A stretch of DNA of 64,000 nt from Octopus sinensis (lineage: Eukaryota), in NCBI RefSeq assembly GCF_006345805.1, contig NC_042998.1:167896001-167960000 (forward strand). Reading direction: 5' to 3'. Positions 37,209-51,150 of the stretch are shown here, in pieces. Under the pieces are notes generated by a model. It worked only from the letters and a program-made list of their open reading frames with translations. It ran no database searches and had not been told where the DNA came from. A program made the translations under genes and the position numbers. Positions within the stretch are counted from its first letter, which is position 1, and the number at the start of each line of letters is the position of its first letter.

Positions 37209-37692
37209 TTTATTAATAATTTCATTACGTACCGTCAATGGATAATTGAAACTTGAAGTGACTTACGCTTATTTTGATAATATTGTGAACAGTAAACGTA
37301 GTGATAGGTTAAACCACAGGTTTTGATCTTTCCATGAGCAGTAAAAACGGAATCAATCGGAGTTTCCCAAGTTTTACACCTTCATCGATTAAAAGGATGC
37401 CGTCTTCAGCTCTTAGAACGACTAATAGCTTCTTGCTATTTACAGGACATAGGTCATGCTAACTCAGCAGACATAGCTGAAATGATAATATACAATTTGC
37501 ATGATAGAGCATGTGCAGACACTGTGACTAATCAATTTACAATGGCCTCAAAAACATTCCTGCATGAGAAAAAATATATATAATGCTAGAAATGCGCAAC
37601 AAAAAGCTGTAGATTATTAAGTTCACTTCATTGAGATAAGATAGAGAGATACGATCTCTGATAAAGGTTTAAGAAAACTACTACGAGTGTTA

Positions 37693-37877
37693 GGCGTAGG
37701 ATTGGCTGTGTGGTAAGTAGCTAGCTTACTAACCAACATGGTTCCGGGTTCAGACCCACCGAACTATAGCCTCGGGCCGACCAAAGCCTTGTGAGTGGAT
37801 TTGGTAGACGGGAATTGAAAGAAGCCCGTCGTATATATGTTGACATATATATTTAATATATATATATATACACACAT
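37693..37877 (+). mobile_element. SINE family B, 5' part
   Basis: ggcgtaggattggctgtgtggtaag...gaagcccgtcgtata. Confidence 0.8.
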
Positions 37878-37892
37878 ATATACGACGGGCTT

Positions 37893-37930
<38 letters not shown>

Positions 37931-37935
37931 TATGT

Positions 37936-38111
37936 TAGTTAGTTAGTTAGTTAGTTATTTGGCTCAAAAGCAAATAGCAAGGCCATGTAGGGGGACATGG
38001 AGTTAAGTACAGGGTGGTGTTCATGTAAAGAGTTCAGGCCACTTGAGGTCCAGGGAGGCTTTGAACAAAGCGGACGTCGGCATCTTCACCATCTCGTCTG
38101 GCAGCTTGTTC
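37936..38111 (-). mobile_element. CR1/L2-type LINE 3' end with (TAAC)n tail
   Basis: Minus translation NKLPDEMVKMPTSALFKASLDLKWPELFT* (cf. WN.LP..VV.A.S...FK..LD), then a short UTR and (taac)n. Confidence 0.7.
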
Positions 38112-38146
38112 TACGGATATATATATATATACTCTACACTGTCTCT

Positions 38147-38322
38147 CTACTCTTTTAGTTGTTTCGGTCATTTGACTGTAGCCATGCTGGAGCACTGCCT
38201 TTAGTCGAGCAAATTGACCCCATGACTTATTCTTTGTAAGCTGCCGAACCGCTAAGTTACGGGGACGTAAGTACAACACCATTGTTTGTCAAGCGATGTT
38301 GGGGAGACGAACACAGACACAC

Positions 38323-38366
<44 letters not shown>

Positions 38367-38550
38367 CATATATATATACATATAATATATGACGGGCTTC
38401 TTTCTGTTTCCGCCTAAAACCAAACCCTCACAAGCTTTGGTCGGCCCGAGCTATAGAAGAAGACACGTGCCCAGGTGCCGCGCATGGGACTGAACCTGGA
38501 ACCATTGTGGTTCGTAAGCAAGCTACTTACCACACAGTCACTCCTACGCC
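38147..38550 (-). mobile_element. SINE family B
   Basis: Full reverse-complement copy. Confidence 0.85.
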
Positions 38551-38694
38551 TATATATATATATATATAATATATATATATATGTGTGTGTGGTGTGTGTG
38601 TGTGTGTGTGGTGTGTGGTGTGTGTGGGTGTGTGTGTGTGTTGTATATGTGTGGTGTGTGTACATATATATATATATGTATGTATGTGCGTGTA

Positions 38695-38900
38695 TGTGTT
38701 TGTGTGTCTGAGTTTGTCCCCCCAACATCGCTTGACAACCGATGCTGATGTGTTTACGTCCCCGTAACTTAGCGGTTCGACAAAATAGGCCGATAAAATA
38801 AGTACTAGGCTTACAAAGAATAAGTCCTTGGGTCGATTTGCTTGACTAAAGGCGGTGCTCCGCAGTCAAATGACAGAAACAAGTAAAAGAGTAAAAGAGA
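38695..38900 (+). mobile_element. SINE family B, 3' half
   Basis: catcgcttgacaaccgatg...gtaaaagagtaaaagag. Confidence 0.85.
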
Positions 38901-39257
38901 CCGTTTTTATTCTGCCTATACACACACGGTCTCACGCACACACACATACATACAAGAGCACACAGAAACGCAAACAGATTCAGGCATGCACACACACATG
39001 TATATAGATACGGATTTATGTATATATATGTGACAATATGCATATGTGTGCTTGCGCGCGTGTATACATTTATATATATTCAGAGTATACATTATATATA
39101 TATTCTTCGCTAATATGCAAAAGTGTTGTATCAGAAAAAAAAAATAGATTCACCATTCCATAGCAAAACAGTGGATCTACACTTGGACAACTTTTGATAT
39201 CTTGCATTTGAGACAAGTTTGACTAAAACAAACGGCTATTGAAAGCATAGATGAATA

Positions 39258-39416
39258 TTCTTTTCTACTCTAGGCACAAGGCCCGAAATTTTTGGTGAGG
39301 GGGCCAGCCGATTAGATCGACCCAGTACGTAACTGGTACTTAATTTATCGACGCCGAAAGGATGAAAGGCAAAGTCAACCTTTGCGGAATTCGAACTCTG
39401 AATATTGGAAAAAACG
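39258..39416 (-). mobile_element. SINE family A, 3' part
   Basis: ttctactctaggcacaaggccc...gcggaattcgaactc. Confidence 0.8.
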
Positions 39417-40623
39417 CATTTGGCCAAATTTGCACATACGACAGTTTAGCATAATATCAATGATATGTATATATACAGAGATGCACACACATACATATAT
39501 ATTTGTATATACATATATATATCTATCTATGTATATGTATGTTTTGAGTCTCTGATTTTGCCTCTAGGAATCCGGCACGCAGTGATAAAACAACATTTTA
39601 TACATATTATTATGATGATATATAAATAAAACAATGTGTTTTATATATATACATATATATATTATATATATCTATAATATATATTAATATATATTATATA
39701 TATATATATATATAATATATGTATATGTAGGTAGTGTATATATATATATGTACATGTAATGTATGCAAGTGTGTATATATATATATGTATGTATGTATAT
39801 ATATATATGTGTATATCTATATATGTCTATATATATATCTATTCTATATATATATATATATTAATATATATATATTATATAAATATTTATCTGTCTATCT
39901 CTCTCTCTATATAATAGATAGATAGAGAGAGAGAGAGAGAGAGTGTATGTGTGTGTGTGTGTGCATTTGTACGTTTGGATAAGTGTATGTCTTTACATGT
40001 TTGTGTGTATGTATGTATGTATGTATATCTATATATATATATATATGCATGCGTGCATGTATTCCTATATGTATGTGTTTTTCTCTGTCTCTCTCTCTAC
40101 CTCACTCAGTCACTCACTCTTTCTCTCTTTCTCTCTCTCTATATATATATGTTCCTCCACTCATTTTCACCTTCGTTACTTTGAATCAAAAACGTTCGTC
40201 TCCTTCTTAACTATTCCACCCCTTTACTTTACCTCTCCATATTAGGTAATACCCGTAAGCAATTCTTGTTCCTCCCTAAACCATAATTGTATATATAATT
40301 GTCTGTTTAACTGCATGTTTTGGAGTGTTTTCTAATATATGACTCAGATTTGTAAAGTTTTGCGTGTACTACTATGCTGAGGCTAAACCTATATGTATGC
40401 AACGTAAAGCATTGTTTCTGCATGTATGTATGTATGTATGTGTGTATGTATGTATGTATGTATGTGTGTGTGTATGTATGTGTGTATGTATGTATGTATG
40501 TGTGTGCGTTTGCGTGTTTGTATGTGTATCTGCATGTTTGTATAAATGTAGGTACTGATGCCGTATGTATGCATAAATTATGTGTGTGTGTGTGTGTGTG
40601 TGTGTGAGTAGGTAAACACACAA

Positions 40624-40663
<40 letters not shown>

Positions 40664-40752
40664 GTTCATACACACACACATACAAAGAGACCGATAGAGG
40701 ACGGATAGATAGATAAACAGATCGATCGATAGATAGATAAATAGATAGAAAG

Positions 40753-40790
<38 letters not shown>

Positions 40791-40829
40791 AGGTAGGTAG
40801 GTATGTAGTTTGGTTGGTAGATATTCAAA

Positions 40830-40886
40830 TAAATTAATAAACAGACAGACAGACAGATAGACAGACAGACATATAGACAGGTAGAC

Positions 40887-40973
<87 letters not shown>

Positions 40974-40995
40974 TAGATAGATAGATAGATAGATT

Positions 40996-41063
<68 letters not shown>
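40830..41063. repeat. (GATA)n/(GACA)n compound microsatellite
   Basis: Direct reading. Confidence 0.95.
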
Positions 41064-41064
<1 letters not shown>

Positions 41065-41451
41065 CGAAAAGTAGGGTAGGAAAAACAGATACGACAAGGT
41101 AGAAAGTGAAAGAGTTAAATATAGATATAATTACAGGTAAAGCATACGTTTTTGTATTCACGAAACCTTATACGTTTATGATTTTGTATGTAATAGGCAA
41201 TTCGCTTCCTCTATGCAGTGTTGACATACCACACACTCTCTCTCTCCTTCCCTCCCTGTATGTGTGTGTACGAGTGTGTGTGTGTGCCCGCATATATGTA
41301 TATGCCTTTGTGTCTATGCCTATATATGTATGTATTCAACTGAATTCGATAACAATGAGTTTTTCGCTTTTGTAGTCTTTGCATTTTAATGATTCATGGA
41401 TTTTAAAACTAGAACCGTAAAAATGTCGGCAGATATAATAATTCATTAAAA

Positions 41452-41682
41452 TGCGGCGAGCTGGCAGAAACGTTAGCACGCCGGGCGAAATTCGTAGCCG
41501 TATTTCGTCTGTCGTTACGTTCCGAGTTCAAATTCCGCCGAGGTCGACTTTGCCTTTGATCCTTTCGGGATCGATAAATTAAGTACCAGTTACGCACTGG
41601 GGTCGATGTAATCGACTCAATCCCATTGTCTGTCCTTGTTTGTCACCTCTGTGTTTAGCCCCTTGTCGGTAGTAAAGAAAAA
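41452..41682 (+). mobile_element. SINE family A
   Basis: gcggcgagctggcagaaacgttagcacg...gagttcaaattccgccgaggtcgac. Confidence 0.9.
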
Positions 41683-42160
41683 TAAAAAGATATACTAATT
41701 CACTAAAAACATTCGAATATATGGACACATATACTTACACACACACACACACACATACAGAGTTAATCGCACATCCACAAATATTCCAATGCATGCTCAC
41801 ACGTATCTTCTACGAGTGCTTGTATCTGTCTATTGACGTGTTTTTGTATTTATGTGAGAAACTGAATCTTGTGTTTGTGTGTGCGCGTGCAGAAAAACAG
41901 TACAGTAATACCCCGAAGACGTGCCTTCTAATGCGTGAAGAAGTTGCACTTACATGCCTGAACGCCCTGCTCTTGGCAGTTATATCTATATATAGCTGCG
42001 TAAATATATGTGTACATTTACTTCATCAGCATCGTTAATGCTACGAAAGGGGCACTTCGTTCGTCGCGTGTCTCTACCGAGTCCATCAATTGAGAGAAGG
42101 TATGAAAGAGGAACACGAAAAGCAAAATAAAAGTAGAAAGAGAGAGAGGAGGGAAAGAGC

Positions 42161-42201
<41 letters not shown>

Positions 42202-42364
42202 AAGTGTGATGTATGTATGTATGACTGGGTGGGGTGTTAAAACTGTCAGATGGAAAAGGAAAGGGGTGGTATGTGTAAGATAGGAGTTGTCAGAATTATA
42301 AGAGGGGTTTAATAAGTTCCCATCATTCTGGCAAGAACACGTAGACAAGTGCACATTCGCATGA

Positions 42365-44213
42365 ATGTGTGCATGTATGTATGTATGTATGTATGTATGT
42401 ATGTATGTATGTATGTATGTATGTATGTATGTACGTATGTATGTATGCTTACGTATGTATGCATGTATGTATGTATGCATGTATGTATGTGTGTGTATGT
42501 ATGTATGTATGTATGTATGTATGTTTATGTATGTATGTATGTATGTATGTATGTTTATGTATGTATGCATGTATGTATGTATGTATGTATTATGTATGTA
42601 TGTATGTATGTATGTATGTATGTACGTATGCATGTATGTATGTATGCATGTATGTATGTGTGTGTATGTATGTATGTATGTATGTATGTTTATGTATGTA
42701 TACATGTATGTATGTATGTATGTATGTACGTATGTATGTATGTATGTACGTATGTATGTAGTATGTACGTATGTATGTATGTATGTATGTTTATGTATGT
42801 ATGCAATGTATGTATGTATGTATGTAGTTTATGTTTATGTAGTATGTATGTATGTTGTTGTAGTATGTACGTATGTATGTATGTATGTACGTATGTATGT
42901 ATGTATGTATGTTTATGTATGTAAACATGTTGTATGTATGTATGTATGTATGTTTATGTATGTATGTATGTATGTATGTATGTATGTATGTATGTATGTA
43001 TGTATGTACGTATGTATGTATGTATGTATGTTTATGTATGTATACATGTATGTATGTATGTATGTACGTATGTATGTATGTATGTATGTATGTACGTATG
43101 TTTGTACGTATGTATGTATGTTTATGTATGTATACATGTATGTATGTATGTATGTTTGTACGTATGTATGTTTATGTATGTATGCATGTGTGTATGTATG
43201 TATGTATGTATGTAAGTATGTAAGTACGTATGTATGTACATATGTATGTATGTATGTACGTATGTATGTATGTATGTATATATGTACGTATGTATGTACG
43301 TATGTATGTACATATGTATGTATGTATTTACGTATGTATGTATGTATGTATGTATGTATGTATGTACGTATGCATGTATGTATGTATGCATGTATGTATG
43401 TGTGTGTATGTATGTATGTATGTATGTATGTTTATGTATGTATACATGTATGTATGTATGTATGTATGTACGTATGTATGTATGTATGTACGTATGTATG
43501 TATGTATGTATGTTTATGTATGTATGCATGTATGTATGTATGTATGTATGTATGTTTATGTATGTATGTATGTATGTATGTATGTATGTATGTACGTATG
43601 TATGTATGTATGTACGTATGTATGTATGTATGTATGTTTATGTATGTATACATGTATGTATGTATGTATGTATGTATGTTTATGTATGTATGTATGTATG
43701 TATGTATGTATGTATGTATGTATGTATGTATGTATGTACGTATGTATGTATGTATGTATGTTTATGTATGTATACATGTATGTATGTATGTATGTACGTA
43801 TGTATGTATGTATGTATGTATGTATGTACGTATGTTTGTACGTATGTATGTATGTTTATGTATGTATACATGTATGTATGTATGTATGTTTTGTAATATG
43901 TATGTTTATGTATGTATGCATGTGTGTATGTATGTATGTATGTATGTAAGTATGTAAGTACGTATTTGTCACATATGTATGTATGTATGTACGTATGTAT
44001 GTATGTATGTATATATGTACGTATGTATGTACGTATGTATGTACATATGTATGTATGTATTTACGTATGTATGTATGTATGTATGTATGTATGTATGTAT
44101 GTATGTATGTATGTACGTATGTATGTACGTATGTATGTATGTATGTTTATGTATGTATGTATGTATGTATGTATGTATGTATGTATGTATGTATGTATGT
44201 ATGTATGTATGTA
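42365..44213. repeat. ~1.85-kb (ATGT)n array with higher-order periodicity
   Basis: Variant landmark gtaagtatgtaagtacg at 43212 and 43946 (734 bp apart). Confidence 0.9.
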
Positions 44214-44529
44214 GGCGTGCATGTAAATGCTCTGGCACGTTGGACAAGAACGTGTGGAGGATAAGCATCTTCGGAGCTCGAGTTTCTTCTATTGGCCTCG
44301 ATTCGATGAAGAGAATGAAAAAGAGAAGAATGGAAAAAATGAGGATTATGGATATAAGTGCACCTATTTATGTGCGCGTGCTCGTGTGTGACGGCGCTTC
44401 TCCCAATGGCTAAGAATGTTCGATTCACGATCTGAAAGCCGTGGGTTCAAATCTGGATTGCGTAAGGCACATAGATTTTATATTGCTCCAGGTTGCTTAG
44501 CTGTAAATGAATGCCAATTGACAGTTGGT

Positions 44530-44602
<73 letters not shown>

Positions 44603-44858
44603 TCACCCTTCTCTCTCCCTTCTTTATCCCCTCTCTTCCTCTTCCCTCTCTTCGCTCCCTCTCTATCCCCCCTTTATCTCCCCCTTCCCCGCAGCTGTCA
44701 CAATCTGGATCTGCCGCTGGGTTAAGGGTGGGGTTGCGAGAGGGAGCCTCTATGTCTGCCCCTGATTATATAAGCGCCTAAAACAGTTTACGAAACACGG
44801 TGCATGGTATCGAGCTATGCTTGACACGATTGAGGGCTGGGTGTACTTGTATATATGC

Positions 44859-44947
<89 letters not shown>

Positions 44948-45396
44948 TATTATATGCATGTATGTTCATAATAAATATGTTATATATATATATATATATA
45001 TAATATATATATACGTGTGTGTGTTTGTGTAAAGCACAAATAGCAAGAACAGAACGTGAGAGTGAGGGAGAGAGAGTGAGAGAGGGAGAGAGAGTCAGAG
45101 AGAGAGAGAGAGAGTCGGACAAAATGTCGTACGGTATTTTATTGATTTATGAACAATGGCATTCTTACATTGATATTTAGTACTTCATATAGGAGGTTCA
45201 TTCCCGTTCATAACGGTGGTACATGATTTAAGGGAGATTTTCCTTCCTGTTTATAGCAAGTCGAACGATCACAGACAGAGCTACTCACTTCTTGGTGTGT
45301 GTAATTTTGTTTCATCTGTGTTCAGATTAAGCTGGTGCGACTTTTACATTTGTATCCATAGAGTTTACCAAAATAAGGCGCAATATTCATATACTC

Positions 45397-45720
45397 TTTC
45401 TACTCTAAGCACAAAGCCTGACATTTTGGGGGAAGAGGGAAATCGATTAGATCGACCCCAGTATGCAACTGGTACTTAATTTATTTAGCCCGAAAGGATG
45501 AAAGGCAAAGTTGACCTCGGCGGAATTTGAACTCAGAACGTAGCAGCAGACGAAATATCTATTTCTTTACTACCCACAAGGGGCTAAACACAGAGAGGAC
45601 AAACAAGGACAGACAAACGGATTAAGTCGATTATATCGACTCCAGTGCGTAACTGGTACTTATTTAATCGACCCCGAAAGGATGAAAGGCAAAGTCGACT
45701 TCGGCGGAATTTGAACTCGG
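45397..45720 (-). mobile_element. SINE family A with extra internal module
   Basis: Two B-box blocks. Confidence 0.85.
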
Positions 45721-45953
45721 AAGCTTGCTTCCTTACCACATGGTTCCGGGTTCAGTCCCACTGCATGGCACTTTGAGCAAGAGTCTACTACTTTAGCCTC
45801 TGGCCGGCCAAACCCTTGTGAGTGAATTTGGTGAACTGAAACTGAGAGGAACCCATCACCACTTGACAACCAATGGTGTGTTTATGCCCTCGTAAATTTG
45901 CGGTTCGGCAAAAGAGACCGACAGAATAAGTAAAAGGCTAAGAAAGAATAAGG
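45721..45953 (+). mobile_element. SINE family B lacking internal microsatellite
   Basis: ccacatggttccgggttcagtccc...ggttcggcaaaagagaccga. Confidence 0.75.
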
Positions 45954-45959
45954 TTTCGT

Positions 45960-46411
45960 TGGGGACAGACCTGTTGATCTAGTCAGGGTGCCTGAAGGGG
46001 TCAAAGTGACCACAGCCGCCTACTGCAATTGACAGAAGGAGGTCTTTCATCCCTGGATAGATGATATACTGCTGTCACTTTTATGGAATCTTGTATTTAT
46101 GCACGACAACGCTCCATCCAATTTTGCCAGGACCACCCAAGCATTACTAGGGTCATACGGCATGCAAAATAAAAGGTTGATAGTGTGGTCGCCAGCATCT
46201 CCAGATCTCAGCCCTATCGAAAATCTTTGGTCCGTGATTAAACAAGATGCTTATGCTGATGGACGCCAGTTTACGTTGAAATATGTTTTATGGGCGACCA
46301 TTAAAGCTGCAGCAGAGGCAGCCCAACCTGCTACTATTAAGAAATTGACAAATTCTATGGCTAATTGGGTTTTCTAGTTATCCGTCGAAACAGCGCTCAT
46401 GTGGCTAAATA
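45960..46411 (+). pseudogene. Tc1-family (DD34E) transposase fragment
   Basis: VFMHDNAPSN...VWSPASPDLSPIENLWSVIKQ. Confidence 0.85.
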
Positions 46412-46731
46412 ATTCATCATGTCAATAAATGTTATAATATTATTATAGTTTTCTGTTAAATATATACCCAACACATGCTTACCCTTCCTTTTCTGAAGGA
46501 AAAAAAAAGTGTCTACACAGGGTATTTTCATTCAAAAGCTATTAGTGTGGTTCACTCAAAAACCGAAGAATCTGAAATAAAAAAGAAAGGACGTTACATA
46601 GATTAATAAAAGCAGAACAATGGTGTTGCCATAGTGTGAAAACCAGCTGAGAAACGTTCTATCAAAATTCACAGATAAAACCCAAACTCCTAATTTCACT
46701 CCTAAGCGTGGCTCTGGGTGTATATGTATAA

Positions 46732-46810
<79 letters not shown>

Positions 46811-46984
46811 ATACACACACAATATATTCATTACATATATATATATTATATATATACATTTATAATACATAGATATAGATAATATATATATATACACCCC
46901 AGAACCAGGCTTAGGAGCGAAAATATATAATATATATATATTATATATATATAATATAATATATATATTATATATATATATATG

Positions 46985-47130
46985 TAGTGCGAAACAATTG
47001 TACTAAATTACCGGAGTCATTCTTGTGCTTATTTTGATTATATCACACCACAAATTTTTATGGATAACACCATACAAAATTGTAGTGCATCTAAATTAAG
47101 TGCCATATTCATCGAATCTAAATTTTTGCT
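46985..47130 (+). mobile_element. Penelope-like tail fragment (family also at 32362-32560)
   Basis: gcttattttgatt..atggataa.acc.tac..aatt..aagt.ccatattcatc.gaatc.aaatttt shared with 32.4-32.5 kb; starts with GAAAC AATT GTA. Confidence 0.45.
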
Positions 47131-47135
47131 GAACT

Positions 47136-47207
<72 letters not shown>

Positions 47208-47238
47208 GTAATGTATACATATATATACATACATATAT

Positions 47239-47269
<31 letters not shown>

Positions 47270-47804
47270 TATATATTATATATATATATATATAATAATA
47301 GTAGGGAATATAATTCCAAAACTTATTTCTATATGGTGTGAATAACATCTTTATTGAATGTTTAATAGTGGTTTTTCTCTAAAGTATATACATACACACA
47401 CATATATATGTATATATATGTCGTTTGTCTACGACCTCGTAACTTAGCAGCTCTGCATAACAGACCGATAGGATAAGTACTAGTCTTAAAAATATTAAAT
47501 TGTGGAGTCAAATTTTTCGGCTAAAGCATTTCAAAGCGGTGACCCGGTATGACTTTGCAGTTTACTGACTGAGACAAGTAGAAAATTTAAGATAGAGCAT
47601 GACTCATATATTTAGTAATAATATTAGTGTAAGGCAAAGTGTAAGGCCAAACTAAGCGGTGTCGAGATGTCTGTATTTAATACTGTATATTACTAATTAA
47701 ATTTATACTACGGTACATATGAAAACATATTTCTGTTACGATTACAATAAGCCTTTATGTAACGGTTAATTCCTTTTAACAATGCAGGGTATATTCGGCA
47801 ATAT

Positions 47805-48578
47805 TCTTTTCTACTCAAGGCACAAGGCCTGAAAATTTTGGTGAGGTGGTCAGTCGATTAGATCGACCCCAGTACACAACTGGTACTTGATTTATTTAGC
47901 CCGAAATGATGAAAGGCAAAGTCGACATCGGCGGAATTTGAACTCAGAACGAAGCGGCAGACGAAATACCTATTTCTTTACTACCCACAAGGGGCTAAAC
48001 ACAGAGGGGACAAACAAGGACAGACAAAAGGATTAAGTCGATTATATCGACCCCAGTGCGTAACTGGTACTTATTTAATCGACCCCGAAAGGATGAAAGA
48101 CAAAGTCGACATCGGCGGAATTTGAACTCAGAACGAAGCGGCAGACGAAATACCTATTTCTTTACTACCCACAAGGGGCTAAACACAGAGGGGACAAACA
48201 AGGACAGACAAAAGGATTAAGTCGATTATATTGCCCCCAGTGCGTATCTGATACTTATTCAATCGACCCCGAACGGATGAACGGCAAAGTCAACCTCCAC
48301 GGAATTTGAACTCAGATCGTAGCGGCAGACGAAATACCTATTTCTTTTTCTTTACTAACCACAAAGGGCTAAACACAGAGGGGACAAACAAGGACAGACA
48401 AACGGATTAAGTCGATTATATCGACTCCAGTACGTACCTGGTACTTATTTAATCGACCCCGAAAGGATGAAAGGCAAAGTCGACCTCAGCAGAATTTGAA
48501 CTCAGAACGTAACGGCAGTCGAAATACGGCTAAGCATTTCGCCCGGCGTGCTAACGTTTCTGCCAGTTCGCTGCCCTA
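47805..48578 (-). mobile_element. SINE family A with three tandem 184-190-bp internal modules
   Basis: gacgaaatac landmark at 47960, 48144, 48328, 48518; a single head and a single tail. Confidence 0.9.
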
Positions 48579-48847
48579 TATTCAGTACATATTGCATATG
48601 TTTGTTTCTATATTGTCACCGGCTGCTTAAGTGTTGCAATAACGCTCATTCATCGACAGCTGTTATTAGTATTGATTAATTTGGTATTAGATACACTGTG
48701 AGCCAGAAATTTCAAACAAATAATGAGTCACAGCAGATAAAAAGCATTTCTTTGTGGGCTCTTTTATATGATAATATCAGCTGATAAATTTGTGGGTATA
48801 CTACATATACATATAGACGCTCGCGGCCACACACACACACACAATCT

Positions 48848-49054
48848 TTTATTCTTTTGTTTCAATCAATTGACTGCGGCCATGCTGGAGTACCGGTTTA
48901 AAGACGTTTTTGTCGAAGAAATCGACCCCAGCACTTATTCTTTGTAAGATTAATACTTAATTCTATCGCTCTCTTTTGCCGAACTACTAAGTTAGCGGGC
49001 CGTAACATCAGTTGTCAGGCTATGGTGGGGACGCAAGACACAACGACACACACA

Positions 49055-49098
<44 letters not shown>

Positions 49099-49127
49099 CA
49101 CACACACACAAACAACACAGACACACA

Positions 49128-49166
<39 letters not shown>

Positions 49167-49198
49167 ACAAACACACACACACACACACACAACACAGA

Positions 49199-49235
<37 letters not shown>

Positions 49236-49382
49236 ACATATATATATATGACGGGCTTCTTTCAGTATCCGTCTACCAAATCCACTCGCAATATTTTGGT
49301 CGGCCCGAAGCTATAGTAGAAGACATTTGTCCAAGGTGTCACACAGTGGCGCTGAATCCGGATCCATGTGACTAGGAAGCAC
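48848..49382 (-). mobile_element. SINE family B with long internal (CA)n
   Basis: Tail and head on either side of the CA tract. Confidence 0.8.
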
Positions 49383-49518
49383 TATATGTATGTGCGTGTT
49401 TGCATCTGTGTATATATAGTTTGCTAAGATAACAGAATAACGCCGTTAGTTGGAGTGGATAGACAGACAGACAGATAGATAAATAGATAGATAGATAAAT
49501 ATATATATATATATATAT

Positions 49519-49574
<56 letters not shown>

Positions 49575-49577
<3 letters not shown>

Positions 49578-49895
49578 TGTTTCTTTATTAGCCACACAGG
49601 GCTGCACACAGATAGAACAAATTACAAGGTAGAGCTTTTCTTTTGAAGTTTAAAAAAAAAAAAAAAGGAAAGGGGAGTTTCGATCAAAAGGGATCGTAAA
49701 AGGAGAGAAAGAGGACAAAAAAAAGGGGGGTTAAAAAAAAAGGGGGAGAGGAAAAAAAAAATTTGATCAATAGGGATCGTTATCACAGAAATGTCAATAT
49801 GAAGTGTAAAGGGGAGGACAGGTGAGGTTTACCCGTGGAAAGAAAAGCCTACGGAAAAGACCACGGTAACCTCGGTCAATGGAGTCACATGTTAT
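49575..49895 (-). mobile_element. Probable Tx1/L1 3' UTR abutting (TATC)n
   Basis: Minus end gtggctaataaagaaacatatctatc resembles the end at 63545-63570 (gtggttaataaagaa); internal homopolymer runs. Confidence 0.4.
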
Positions 49896-50131
49896 ATTTC
49901 TTTTTTTTTTTTTAAGAATATATTTTTGCATCATTAAATTATAAGCATTTGGTCTCATACTACTTCTAGCTTGGACAGATACAATTCAGTGGCATGGCAT
50001 ATCCAATAACAATTTAATACCTTAACATTGCAATACTGTAATTTCGTGTCCAATCCATGTAGATATCGTATAACAGGTGGACGACTTAAGATATAGGATA
50101 AAAAAATAAATGCTGTAATACAGTCATTTCA

Positions 50132-50835
50132 AATTTTGGCACAAGCACAGCCACTTCGAGGAATGGCGGAAGTCAAAATTTCATCGATCTCAGTATTCAA
50201 CTGATATTATTTCATCGGTTTTGAAAGGATGAAAGATAAAGTCGACCTCGGCGGAATTTGAATTCAGAACGTAAAGAAGGGCGAAATGCCGCTATGTCCG
50301 GCTGCTAACGATTCTGCAGGTCATCGCCTTTATAAAAAACTGAAATGATGGTTTCAAATTTTGGCACAAGGCCAACAAGTTCGACCTCAGTATTCAACTG
50401 GTATTATTTCATCGGTTTTGAAAGGATGAAAGATAAAGTCGACCTCGGCGGAATTTGAATTCAGAACGTAAAGAAGGGCGAAATGCCGCTATGTCCGGCT
50501 GCTAACGATTCTGCAGGTCATCGCTTTTATAAAAAACTGAAATGATGGTTTCAAATTTTGGCACAAGGCCAACAAGTTCGACCTCAGTATTCAACTGGTA
50601 TTATTTCATCGGTCTCGAAAGGATGAAAGATAAAGTCGATATTGGCGGAATTTGAACTCAGAACGTAGCGGCAGACGAAATACCTATTTCTTTACTGCCC
50701 ACAAGGGGCTAAACACAGAGGAAACAAACAAAGACAGACAAACGGATTAAGTCGATTAAGTGGGAATTTGAACTCAGAACGTAAAGAAGGGCGAAATGCC
50801 GCTTAGGCCTTTGCCCGGCATACTGCTAGCTCGCC
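50132..50835 (-). mobile_element. SINE family A cluster including a 197-bp local tandem triplication
   Basis: ggatgaaagataaag at 50227, 50424, 50621 with shared private variants. Confidence 0.85.
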
Positions 50836-51109
50836 ACATAATTCTGTAATTTATTGCATTGTTTCTCACATTCAAATGAGATGTGGATGTGCAAGCGTTT
50901 TAATTATGATTTTAATTAATCTAAATATTTGTTAGGTGTAATGAATATAACTTTTACGTATCATCAATACAGATTTTACAAAAATTGTTTCAATAATGTA
51001 ATACTTTCATTTTTCTCTTTGTTTCTCCTCAAAAATTATATATTAGTGTTTCCATTCTCGCACTTCTGCCTCTCAACCAATCTCGCTTCATCCTACAACG
51101 ATATTACAA

Positions 51110-51150
<41 letters not shown>

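Noticed and set aside
37443-37580. Possible exon after ttcttgctatttacAG (DIGHANSADIAEMIIYNLHDRACAD..)
   Set aside because: No convincing donor, no recognisable domain and no partner exons.
41990-42034. CUGAUGA-A-GUAAAU/AUUUAC hairpin on minus
   Set aside because: Followed by GCAG instead of GAAA, and no stem I partner.
42349-44413. Long ORFs (up to 530 aa, MYVC/IHTY repeats)
   Set aside because: Translations of the (ATGT)n array; the same applies to most ORF-track entries (CV, YI, HT, LS, YLSI repeats).
44762-44806. CUGAUUA...GAAAC ACG GUG
   Set aside because: G8 is mutated, the cleavage triplet ends in G, and there is no stem I.
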